Translations under genes and position numbers: made by a program | Assembly: GCA_900314935.1 (NCBI GenBank) | Contig: OMXE01000009.1 | Span: forward strand, 44,345-68,344 | Direction of reading: 5' to 3' | Origin: an uncultured Prevotella sp. | GTDB lineage: Bacteria; Bacteroidota; Bacteroidia; Bacteroidales; Bacteroidaceae | Length of the DNA stretch: 24,000 nucleotides | In this document: piece by piece, positions 9,617-18,700 of the stretch | How positions within the stretch are numbered: the stretch's first letter is position 1 | Layout: every line of letters starts with the position of its first letter | The notes under the pieces: model-generated | What the model saw: the letters and a program-made list of their open reading frames with translations, nothing else | Told to the model about the DNA's origin: nothing | Databases searched by the model: none

Positions 9617-9740
9617 GTTTATGTTAAGAATCTTCCTTTATTTGTTTAATTGTAAGTATTCGACTTGATAAATGCTTTTTTCATTAAAATACCATATAGG
9701 ACGATCGTTTATGAAATAAGTCAATTCTGACAAATCCTCT

Positions 9741-10136
9741 TTACTTCCAACAATATTTATTGATTACTTGCTTAAAGATGGGTTCATCAGAGATGGAGGC
9801 AAACAAGAGCATGCAGGTACGCAGTTTCATCACGCCCAGATTGCTGAAGATTTCAAATATCGGTTTGTCTATTTCCAATAGAACCTGTGCCGCCTTGATG
9901 AGTCTTTCTCTCAGGATAGGATGCTCTATGTATGCTTTCGCCTCTTCACGGCCATCAAGACCATAGAAATCGGTCAACTGGCTTGTCCCTTTTCTTTTCA
10001 GTTGAGGATAGACATATCGAATCCAGCATTCGAATCCAAGTTTCCCTTCTTGAATCTCTTTCAATGCCAGTTCATACAAGGTGCAGTCACCTCTTTTACC
10101 ATCCTGTGCTGTTAGAAATCGTTGTAATTCTTCCAT
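9741..10136 (-). CDS. DUF1810 domain protein
   Basis: LQRFLTAQ..., YELALKEIQEGK, W..YVYPQL, EAKAYIEHPILRERL, KLRTCMLLFA and PIFKQVINKYC follow the order and spacing of conserved DUF1810 blocks as I remember them. Confidence 0.75.
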   Translation of the reverse strand: MEELQRFLTAQDGKRGDCTLYELALKEIQEGKLGFECWIRYVYPQLKRKGTSQLTDFYGLDGREEAKAYIEHPILRERLIKAAQVLLEIDKPIFEIFSNLGVMKLRTCMLLFASISDEPIFKQVINKYCWK

Positions 10137-10163
10137 TATTCTGATAAAGTGTTATTTGTAATG

Positions 10164-10171
10164 CAAAACTA
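10164..10171 (-). promoter_or_regulatory. -7 box (TAGTTTTG) upstream of the DUF1810 gene
   Basis: CAAAACTA on the plus strand lies 28 nt upstream of the ATG at 10136. Confidence 0.4.
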
Positions 10172-10247
10172 CGATTGTTTTTTCTAAATACCGCATTATT
10201 CATCAGCCTTTTGTATGAAATACCTGTTCGGACGTACGAAATGAATC

Positions 10248-10358
10248 TCACTTCTTCCCCAACAGGGCTTTTAATTTCACATTCCCGATTTTCCGTTTTA
10301 TCCCCGCCTTGGAGGTGGGGATGCCGGTCTTCTTCGCTATTTCCCGTTTCACTTGCAT
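10248..10358 (-). CDS. 36-aa paralog or truncated copy of the 57-aa small ORF (copy 2)
   Basis: It reads MQVKREIAKKTGIPTSKAGIKRKIGNVKLKALLGKK*. The copy is ~80% identical at nucleotide level to 9061-9175 by hand alignment. Upstream of its ATG the copy-1 reading frame is broken by a TGA, so it is either a short independent peptide or the remnant of a disrupted gene. Confidence 0.35.
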   Translation of the reverse strand: MQVKREIAKKTGIPTSKAGIKRKIGNVKLKALLGKK

Positions 10359-10527
10359 TTTATAGATTCAGCTGTAGATAACTTCGCTAAACGCCCTGCC
10401 ATCAGCTATGGCTCCATAAGAGAGTCTGCTTTTGATATTACAAATTTAGTAAAAGACGATTAACTATGCAAGAACCAGCTTGCTATTTAATGATTATTTA
10501 CATCTTCTTTTATAATCTTTCCAACAA

Positions 10528-10555
10528 GGTCACAAGCCCTGCCTAGCTTGTGACC
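10528..10555 (-). terminator. Hairpin downstream of the 469-aa gene
   Basis: Perfect 10-bp stem GGTCACAAGC / GCTTGTGACC with an 8-nt loop, 19 nt after the stop at 10574. The trailing sequence is only moderately T-rich. Confidence 0.4.
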
Positions 10556-10573
10556 ACGAAACTATCAATCGGG

Positions 10574-11983
10574 TTAGGCAGCCCCCTTTTCCTGATCTAA
10601 ATAGTCTTGATGGCTTTCGATCTTCTTTATGTACGAGTTAAGTTCACGAGCGATATAGGCTTCTCGATTCTTAATCTTTTCATTACGCTCATATTCAGTT
10701 TTTTGTTTTTCAAACTCTTTCTTAAACTCCACGTATTCAGGATATTTCTCCTTAAATGTTTTGTCCGTCAAATTACACAAAGCATAATAGCCTATATCTT
10801 TGTTTGCTTCGTCTGCCTGAATCTCTTTTCTAATTATTGATCGACTCTCATCATATTTATCGTTTCTTTCCTTGTATTCATCCCAAACTGGTTGTAGTTC
10901 TTCCAAGATCTTTGTATATTTCTCAATAATCTCATTCTTATTGTTCAAAGCATCTTGAAGTTGAGGCAGAATACTAATATTAGATTGAATAATACGTTTA
11001 ATATAATCTGACACCTTATCAGTTATGGGAATCAAAGTCTTCAGGCTATCTAAAAAGTCAAGAGCGCCAGAGACTTTTTCTCCTTTGAATAGAATATAAT
11101 CATCACCAGTTAAAAGAGTATACGAACCTGGGCAAAAATTATTGTACTGTATTTTGTATTCTCTCGCAGAATCTGCAATATCTTCAACACCTGAGACCAT
11201 TTCTTCAACTTCATTGATTATAAAATCATTGACAAACGCTTTCGGATTACTTACAGCAGCATTGTAAACCTCTGCCGTAAAAGACATCGTCTTTATCCAT
11301 TCATTGTTTTCAAGTTGATGACATCTTGTGTAACGAATAATATCAAAGGTCGAAGCATTTCGATAGTGAACCCAGTCAGAATATGGTAAAATGCCTATTC
11401 CCTTATAATATATTTGAGTATAGAAATAGCTTGATGAGCCATAACCAAAGTTAGTTCTATACACAACCTTAAGATCTTTGTTCAAATCAAATGAAGGGAA
11501 AGACCAGCCTACCATACGATGGGAATAAGCCACAATCGATTTGTCCCTATTCAATTGATGATATTGTTGTTCCATTAAAAAAGGAACCACATGACTTGCT
11601 ATTTCCTTATAAAACGCTTGCCTAAGACTTCTTTTATAGTTTTTTAATTCTTCCTTATTCCCATCTTTCTCCACTTCACCTACTTTCTCTTGATAATCTG
11701 CCAATGAAATGAATTTGACATCTTGTACGCCTTGGTAAGATCCACTTAAATATGGGCAGAAATCAAAAGGCTCCTTCAATAGTCGCAATGGGGTTGCATT
11801 GACATAGTCCTGTAACTCCAAGACCGATCTGTTATCATTCTCTGCCATCGCATTTAACTTTTTGAGTAAATCCTGATGGGCATACTTAAGTTCGATGAAA
11901 TCCATTTTCACCTTTTTACCATTTTCAATTCTGCGAAGGACACACATGTGCGTCTCGTTCACTTTAACATTAGATACATCCAT
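10574..11983 (-). CDS. Hypothetical 469-aa protein: ~330-aa unknown globular region plus ~130-aa K/E-rich coiled-coil C-terminus
   Basis: A long clean ORF in AT-rich DNA. The C-terminal heptad-like K/E/Q-rich sequence is LQDALNNKNEIIEKYTKILEELQPVWDEYKERNDKYDES...EFKKEFEKQKTEYERNEKIKNRE. I recognise no catalytic motif. Confidence 0.8.
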   Translation of the reverse strand: MDVSNVKVNETHMCVLRRIENGKKVKMDFIELKYAHQDLLKKLNAMAENDNRSVLELQDYVNATPLRLLKEPFDFCPYLSGSYQGVQDVKFISLADYQEKVGEVEKDGNKEELKNYKRSLRQAFYKEIASHVVPFLMEQQYHQLNRDKSIVAYSHRMVGWSFPSFDLNKDLKVVYRTNFGYGSSSYFYTQIYYKGIGILPYSDWVHYRNASTFDIIRYTRCHQLENNEWIKTMSFTAEVYNAAVSNPKAFVNDFIINEVEEMVSGVEDIADSAREYKIQYNNFCPGSYTLLTGDDYILFKGEKVSGALDFLDSLKTLIPITDKVSDYIKRIIQSNISILPQLQDALNNKNEIIEKYTKILEELQPVWDEYKERNDKYDESRSIIRKEIQADEANKDIGYYALCNLTDKTFKEKYPEYVEFKKEFEKQKTEYERNEKIKNREAYIARELNSYIKKIESHQDYLDQEKGAA

Positions 11984-12122
11984 GATAGTTTCTTTTTTTA
12001 TATGTTACACTCTATTATACCATAACCATGGAAAAGGTAAACATCCTGACTGAAAAAAGATTCTTGTTTACTTTCTTATCTTTCATGGTATAAATAAATG
12101 TAATCAAATAAACCTCTTAATT

Positions 12123-12701
12123 ATGGAATCACCTAAAGAAAAAAAGAACAGAAGAGAAAAGACATTCGGACAGCAGGAACGATATTGTTATGTAACCAAA
12201 TCCATCTTCAATGAGAGACTAAGATGCAAAGAGAATGCTTGGTTGCGCAACATTGACATCACAACAGAAGAGCCAAGAACTACCCGTATAGTCCGCCGTA
12301 TCGTTGAAAAGCGTATGTGCCAGACTTACCATAAACAGCACAAAAGAGTTTTTCATGATCATGGTAATCGTAGCCGGCATAACATGAAACGTGCCGTGTC
12401 ATACGAACTCTATATATTAGGACAGGTGGAGAATGTGAACAAACTCAGCAGAGGTAATGCTACCCATTGGAAACGGCAATATGATCCTAATACAGGAAAA
12501 GTGGTATTCAAAAAGAAATTCGGTTATGAGACAATAGAAGAAGCAAAGACTTCTGCTATTAAACTTGTACAGGATAAGCCGTGGTGCCACAAAGCAGTCA
12601 ATGTGTATAAGTGTGCACATTGCAACAAATACCATATTGGTCATGAGAGTAACTTAACCGCCAACCCGATACTAAGTATCTCACCCGTGGCGATAGGCTA
12701 A
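12123..12701 (+). CDS. Hypothetical protein; very basic N-terminal half, C-terminal CxxC..H.GH zinc-ribbon-like motif
   Basis: A 192-aa ORF divergent from the 469-aa gene. The C-terminal region FGYETIEEAKTSAIKLVQDKPWCHKAVNVYKCAHCNKYHIGH looks like a small metal-binding knuckle. The true start may be an internal Met such as MKRAVSYELY, so the 5' boundary is uncertain. Confidence 0.5.
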   Translation: MESPKEKKNRREKTFGQQERYCYVTKSIFNERLRCKENAWLRNIDITTEEPRTTRIVRRIVEKRMCQTYHKQHKRVFHDHGNRSRHNMKRAVSYELYILGQVENVNKLSRGNATHWKRQYDPNTGKVVFKKKFGYETIEEAKTSAIKLVQDKPWCHKAVNVYKCAHCNKYHIGHESNLTANPILSISPVAIG

Positions 12702-12748
12702 TTGCAGTTAAAAAACGTTCAATATGCCAAAATCTCGTTTCTTCTTAC

Positions 12749-12756
12749 TACTTTTG
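12749..12756 (+). promoter_or_regulatory. -7 box (TACTTTTG) for the caspase-sigma operon
   Basis: It matches TAnnTTTG and ends 18 nt upstream of the ATG at 12774. Confidence 0.45.
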
Positions 12757-12773
12757 TAGCAAATTAAATAAAG

Positions 12774-13649
12774 ATGAACAAGTTCATACTCATATTGGCT
12801 TTCGTTGTTGCATTTCCTTTCATTGGCAATGCACAGCGAAAGCGAGCATTTATGATAGGTATATCCAACTATCACACGAATGGGTATAAGGTATGGAGCA
12901 ACATACATGGTGCTGAGGATGTTGCGCTCTTGAAACCGGAACTTGAGAAGAAAGGCTTCAAGGTACAAACCCTTATCAACGAACAGGCAACCTATCAAGG
13001 AATCCTCAATGCACTTAACTCTTTTATTGCCACTTCTAAGAAAGGCGATGTCGTCTATCTTCACTTCTCATGTCATGGCCAGCCTGTAGAAGATGGCCTC
13101 AACGGACTGGCTAAAGATGAAAAAGATGGTTGGGATGAAGCCATTGTTCCAATAGATGCGGGCAAAGAGTATAATTCTACTTACAAAGGCGAGAAGCACC
13201 TTACTGATGACGAGTTAAATGGTTACATCAGTAAACTTCGTAAGAAGATTGGTCTTAAGGGGCTTCTTTATGTGGCAATGGATGCTTGCCATGCTGGTAC
13301 AATGTCACGAAATGGATTTGAAACAGTTAGAGGGACAAATGAAGGATTGACAAAATCAGGCATAAAGTATAATCCCTCAAAGGAAAAAGTAAGGCATTTC
13401 CCCGCCATGACATCTAAAGAAATGTCACCGGTCTTGTTTTTTGAAGCCTGCTTGTCTTATGAACGAAACACCGAAATAAGGGTCAATGGTAAGGAATATG
13501 GTGCATTATCATATAATATATGGCAGGCTATAAAAGACATGGGTAATTTTGATAAGAACACCAAGGATAAGTTCAAAGCCAATCTTGATGCATCCACTAA
13601 AATCAAAGGAAGATGGCCACGAACTCAAACACTTGTAATAGAAGAATAA
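12774..13649 (+). CDS. Caspase-family (peptidase C14) cysteine protease with signal peptide
   Basis: Signal peptide MNKFILILAFVVAFPFIGNAQ. The catalytic His context is VYLHFSCHGQP and the catalytic Cys context is LLYVAMDACHAGTMSR, in the canonical order and spacing for the caspase/metacaspase fold. Confidence 0.9.
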   Translation: MNKFILILAFVVAFPFIGNAQRKRAFMIGISNYHTNGYKVWSNIHGAEDVALLKPELEKKGFKVQTLINEQATYQGILNALNSFIATSKKGDVVYLHFSCHGQPVEDGLNGLAKDEKDGWDEAIVPIDAGKEYNSTYKGEKHLTDDELNGYISKLRKKIGLKGLLYVAMDACHAGTMSRNGFETVRGTNEGLTKSGIKYNPSKEKVRHFPAMTSKEMSPVLFFEACLSYERNTEIRVNGKEYGALSYNIWQAIKDMGNFDKNTKDKFKANLDASTKIKGRWPRTQTLVIEE

Positions 13650-13661
13650 TGCATTTCGCGT

Positions 13662-14237
13662 ATGAATAAGTCAGAAGAAAGAATATTTGAGATATTCATA
13701 AAAAAACATGAACAGAGGACGATGAACTTTCTCTCTACGAGATATTCCATACTATCTGAAGAGAACATCCGGGACATCATTCAAGATTCATACGTTACTC
13801 TGCATAGGAACATTGAAGCAAGGAAAATATCCGAGCCACAGTATCCCTATTTCCTTAAAATTTGTATGAACCTTTCCTTAAAAGCCATCAGCAAACAGGG
13901 TAAGCATATAGTTGTGGGAATCAATGATTCAGATATACAACAGAAAAATACAGTTTCAATGCACAAGGTTGAAAGTATTCTTCAAGTATGCGATGAGCAG
14001 GAGACTGTTGTCAACGAAAAGAAGATGCTTGTTCACAATGCACTTGACAATATGGCGTCAAGGTGTAGGGATTTATTATGGAGTTTCTATGCAGACGAAT
14101 TGAGTTGGGCAACAATAGCTGCCCAATTTGGACTAAAGAATGCAGACACGGCTAAATCACAAGCATCAAGATGTCGTCAGACTTTCAAAGAGAAGTATAA
14201 CCATTTAAGAATGCAGACCTATGGCAATCAAAGATAA
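13662..14237 (+). CDS. Sigma-70 family RNA polymerase sigma factor, ECF-like (regions 2 and 4 only)
   Basis: Region-2-like IRDIIQDSYVTLHRNI and region-4 HTH NALDNMASRCRDLLWSFYADELSWATIAAQFGLKNADTAKSQASRCRQTFKEKY. It starts 12 nt after the caspase stop. Confidence 0.85.
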   Translation: MNKSEERIFEIFIKKHEQRTMNFLSTRYSILSEENIRDIIQDSYVTLHRNIEARKISEPQYPYFLKICMNLSLKAISKQGKHIVVGINDSDIQQKNTVSMHKVESILQVCDEQETVVNEKKMLVHNALDNMASRCRDLLWSFYADELSWATIAAQFGLKNADTAKSQASRCRQTFKEKYNHLRMQTYGNQR

Positions 14238-14880
14238 TAGTGAAAGAATAGAAAGATACCTCCGAGAGCAAATGACACCAGTGGAAAACGAGTCATTTCT
14301 GAATGACCTCAGAAACGACAAGGAACTTCGAGAAGAGGCACAGATGATGGCTCTGCTCGTTAAAGACATGAAAGAAGAACAGGCAAAGCAAGACGAAATC
14401 ATCAAACAGGAAATTCTCACATCTAAGGGGGACTATACATCCAAGACAATTCGACTTACAAAATGGATCAGCTCCATTGCTGCCATGTTTATCCTCCTCT
14501 TTGGTGCTAACCAATGGTACACCTCATACAAGATAGATAAGGTATTTGATGCCTACTATACCCCATATGATGCTTTTATGGCAAGAGGTGGAGATGACGA
14601 AGCCATCAAGCAGGAACTTGCAGAATTATATAATAAGGTAGGAACAGAAAAAGATGTCACTCATGTCATAACCCGTCTGCAAACCATCTATGATGGCATC
14701 CAGTCTGCCAGCGACGACTACGCCGATTACACCTATTACGAGAATGACATTGCCTGGCATTTGGCTTTAGCCTACATCAAAGACCATAACCTTGACAAGG
14801 CAAAAGAATTATTGACACCATTGGCAGATAAAGATAATCCTGAAGCAGAAGAACTACTGAAAGATCTTAATAAACTATAG
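14221..14880 (+). CDS. Putative single-pass anti-sigma factor with TPR-like extracytoplasmic domain
   Basis: It overlaps the sigma gene by 17 nt, suggesting translational coupling. The N-terminus IERYLREQMTPVENESFLNDLRNDKELREE is typical of Bacteroidota anti-sigma N-domains. There is one TM segment (WISSIAAMFILLFGANQWY, about aa 82-98) and a helical C-terminal half ending in a TPR-like AWHLALAYIKDHNLDKAKELL. Confidence 0.65.
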   Translation: MAIKDNSERIERYLREQMTPVENESFLNDLRNDKELREEAQMMALLVKDMKEEQAKQDEIIKQEILTSKGDYTSKTIRLTKWISSIAAMFILLFGANQWYTSYKIDKVFDAYYTPYDAFMARGGDDEAIKQELAELYNKVGTEKDVTHVITRLQTIYDGIQSASDDYADYTYYENDIAWHLALAYIKDHNLDKAKELLTPLADKDNPEAEELLKDLNKL

Positions 14881-14886
14881 AATCCA

Positions 14887-15780
14887 ATGGATGTCACAAT
14901 AAAAACTCCTATCAGATGGCTACTTGGATATATAACAGGTAGATTCGAACAAACGAATGAACATTTTTTTAAACTTAGTGAAGAACTCATTAAAAGTGGA
15001 AAACTAAAACCACGAATTAAACTTGATAATGCGCATGAAGGTTTTTCCTCAGGTGTTGCAAAGATTGATTCTAATGGGGTGATGACATATAACGAATGTT
15101 TTCTTTGCTATCTATGGTGTATGTGTTACTATGGATTGGTTTCTTTTGAAAAAGCAGTTGTTATACATCAACAAAACAAGAGAAATGGGAGAGCCTTCAA
15201 AATAGACAGGGAAGCAATTGCAATCGCAGAAAAGGCACATCAATATGCCATGTCGTTAGTAAGATTCTATTCTGAGTGGCCATCAGAAATACCAACTCCT
15301 CAAGATCATGACAATAATGAAGATGTTAATTTTACTAATCAGCTTTTTCTCTATGCAATTAATTATATCATGTGTCATGAAACCGCCCACGTAATTCTTG
15401 GGCACAAAGATGGTATTTCCGGAGAAGAATCCTACAAACAAGAGTTCGAAGCAGACATGTGGTCATTCGATGCAATACTAACACCTCCCTATAAAGATTC
15501 AAAACTCACTATACAGATGGGAATCCTCATGGGCTTATGCGCAATGATAATGTCATCACCTCAAACAGATGATGGACAGACCCATCCTAGTTCTTTTAAA
15601 CGTCTTAATGTATTCTTAGAAATGATTAATCCAGAACCAAACAGCCAAATTTGGGCTATGGCATGTTTATATATTGGAGTCTGGGATATGGTTTTTTCCA
15701 AAGGATATGATTGGGTTGAGCAATGTGACAATTACAAGGAAATGTATAATTATGTATACAGGCAGATTGTCCTACAATAA
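14887..15780 (+). CDS. HExxH zinc metallopeptidase, ImmA/IrrE (M78)-like or Lit (U49)-like
   Basis: A 297-aa protein starting 6 nt after the anti-sigma stop. The motif is MCHETAHVILGH (His164-Glu165-x-x-His168) followed 13 residues later by EFEADMWSFDAILTP. This matches the HExxH...E.EA(N/D).(F/W)...L.P pattern of ImmA/IrrE-type peptidases. No signal peptide. Hydrophobic stretches (LTIQMGILMGLCAMIMSS, IWAMACLYIGVW) suggest membrane association. Confidence 0.7.
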   Translation: MDVTIKTPIRWLLGYITGRFEQTNEHFFKLSEELIKSGKLKPRIKLDNAHEGFSSGVAKIDSNGVMTYNECFLCYLWCMCYYGLVSFEKAVVIHQQNKRNGRAFKIDREAIAIAEKAHQYAMSLVRFYSEWPSEIPTPQDHDNNEDVNFTNQLFLYAINYIMCHETAHVILGHKDGISGEESYKQEFEADMWSFDAILTPPYKDSKLTIQMGILMGLCAMIMSSPQTDDGQTHPSSFKRLNVFLEMINPEPNSQIWAMACLYIGVWDMVFSKGYDWVEQCDNYKEMYNYVYRQIVLQ

Positions 15781-18700
15781 GTCATTTGAAATACACCAAT
15801 GGTTATTATTTTTGTGAGCGTCTAACAAAATAAATGCAGCCCAATACTTAGGTTCATCATACCTTCCACCATCAACTTCACGAAGGTACTTCTGTGCAGA
15901 CAAAAGTGACTGGCGTTTACTTTGACCAGAAAGCAGATTCTTATAGAACTGAGTCATCAGTATCTGTGTAGCCTTATCATCTACTTCCCAAAGACTCATC
16001 AGGATGGATTTCGCACCCGCTTTTTTGAAGCCACGTTGCAAGCCAAAGACACCTTCGCCTTGTGCAATATCGCCTAACCCCGTTTGGCAAGCTGATAGTA
16101 CGACCAGATCAAGTCCACGCAAATCCACATCGGCAATCTCCTTGGCTGTCAAGATACCATCCTCAACATTATCGGGCAATACCTTGTCTTCCAGTATATG
16201 ATTGGCCCTTGACATTACTAAGCCCGAACGAGTCAAAGCCTTGTCTTCAGCTGAGACCATATTATTGTCTATAAGCATGAATTTGTAACGCGCATTATCA
16301 GCGTCTTCTTTGTTATAATAGAATCCATGAGTTGAGATATGCAGACATCCGACATTCTTTCCAGACAGAGCCTTAAAAGATTCTTCTGTCCCCATCGCTG
16401 CAGTGTCTAACACACATTCCCAATTTGCATTGTTAAGTTCTTTCCCTATTATGTCAACTTCCTCTTTAGTATGTTTGAGGAACTCTTTTCCGCCTCGCAG
16501 CCCCATTCCCTGCACTTTGGGTCGTTCTATAAACGCTTCATCCAGCATTGCAAGGCTCCTATCTGTTACGCTTTTGTCAAACTCCGCGTCATAGTTCAGC
16601 CCACCATATAACACGGCCCGATTCTTTGTCTCTATTTCCCTACTAGTAACCAACTCACGTGTAGATGATAACCGATATATATTATAGTTTTCCATCCCTG
16701 GCAGATACTCAATACCTATATTATAAAGGGCACCTGATGGAGAGAAATAAATATTCTTGATTCCTTCAAGCTCTGCTTGCAATGGTTTCCAAACCAAATC
16801 CGTCATTTCTTTAGATTGATAATGAAGTGAGTCTGGGAATCCAGTTAGTTGCTTTTCCTCAAATAGAGTTATCATCTTCGGGCTTTCTGAACCCTTTCGC
16901 AATAGCAATGCTGTATATACAATACTATCATTGTTTACAGGGAAAGATAAAAACTCTATTGCAACATCTTCTGGGTGGAGATGTTCCTGAATGTCTTTCC
17001 ATTTCAACTTCATACTACAAGTGATGTCACCATATTCCTTGCATTTCACAATGAGTGAATCCTCCAAACTATATATCACATTCTGCAAAGAATCGGCGTT
17101 GAGTTTTCTATATAAGGAATCTTTTTCCAAATTCTTTGCTAAAATATACCTGTCAGCCTTTAGTTCTGCCCATAAATTGTTCAATGTATCATCATTACTC
17201 TCTTCAATTACTCTTTTTACGCTATTCTCAGTAATAAGCAATGCACCTTTCATCATTAAAGACGCATTGTAAGCAGCCTCAATAATTGAATCTGAATGAG
17301 TATAATAAGCATAGGTGGGTATTTGCTGATTCAGTAAGTCAGAATAACCTTCAATATATTTGGAACGTTCATCGTATGTTAATTCTTGAAATGTAAACAA
17401 CAAATCCTCACCCGCTAACTTCATGAATTCAGCTGTGTATTTGATTAATTTGTCGATATCATTTAAGCAGAATGAGTATTGTAAAAGGTATGAAAGAGTT
17501 CTTTGATATAACTTTCTTTGCCGTTGTTTTTTATAAAACTCATCACAGCATAACAAATGATTAATCGCTTGTTTGAAGTTCCTTTTTCCTCCATATGCGA
17601 TTCCCAAGTTCATATTAGAATATGCCATGTTTTCGCTGTTTGGTGAAAAATACTTTTCTTTTAATTCAAGGCTTTTCTTCTCATATACTAATGCACTGTC
17701 ATATTGTTCTTTTTGATTGTAATAAGAGGCCAAATTTGAGAGTTTTGTAGTATAATTTGCATATCCGTTGTAAACATTGCTATATGTTATCGTCGTGGGC
17801 TTAGCCTGTGCCAAGCACTCCTTTTGTATTTCTATTGCTTTATCCGTTTCACCCATGGCGGAATAATATATTGCTATTTGATTCAGGTCATCACTAGTCG
17901 CAAAAGAAGGTCTATCTTGTATAGCACATTGATAACACTTGATAGCAGACTGAAAGTCTCTGATGCTATAATAGCACCATCCCATTTTCAACAAATTGGG
18001 TCCTGAATTATTTATTTCAATGAGTTTTCGGCAAGCCCTAAACGCATCCTTGTACTTTCCTGAGCTATTTAGGACATTTACATAAGAATCTAAAGCTAAG
18101 TTGTAATACCACTTCTCCATAGGACTCTTCAAGAATCTTTTTTCCCAAAAATCTGCGCGGTTTTTCTCAATCTGGATTGCTTTATCCCACATACCCGTCT
18201 TAGTGTAATAATTAGATAAGGTTGAATAATCAGACAATATAGGAAAATCATTTGAGAAATCAATAAGGAATAACTCTCTGATTCCTAAACTTTGTTCCAT
18301 ATATTTTACGGCAGAAAGATAATCCTCTTCTTCATACGAAATTTTGGCTAATTCTCTTAATGCAGACTTCCCCAACCAGTTTTCTTCTGATAATTTAGAT
18401 ATAATATCGTAACTATGCAGAAGATGTTTTTTCGCATCGGCGAAAAGCCTTTTCGAAGTATATGCTAGTCCTAAATCAAACAGAGACAATGCGTAACGAT
18501 GACTATTCCTACCAAGTGCAATAGAATCATATTCGCAAATCTTTTTATACCCTAAAACATCTACATTTTCAGTCCAGACATTTTTTAAAAAATTATACAA
18601 AGAATCAGATCTTTCAGTCAGAGTTCTGTCAAATGGTTCCAACATATAATCCAGATCTATAGTCTCTGCTTTTTCTTTTTGACCACTTTTATAATATGCA

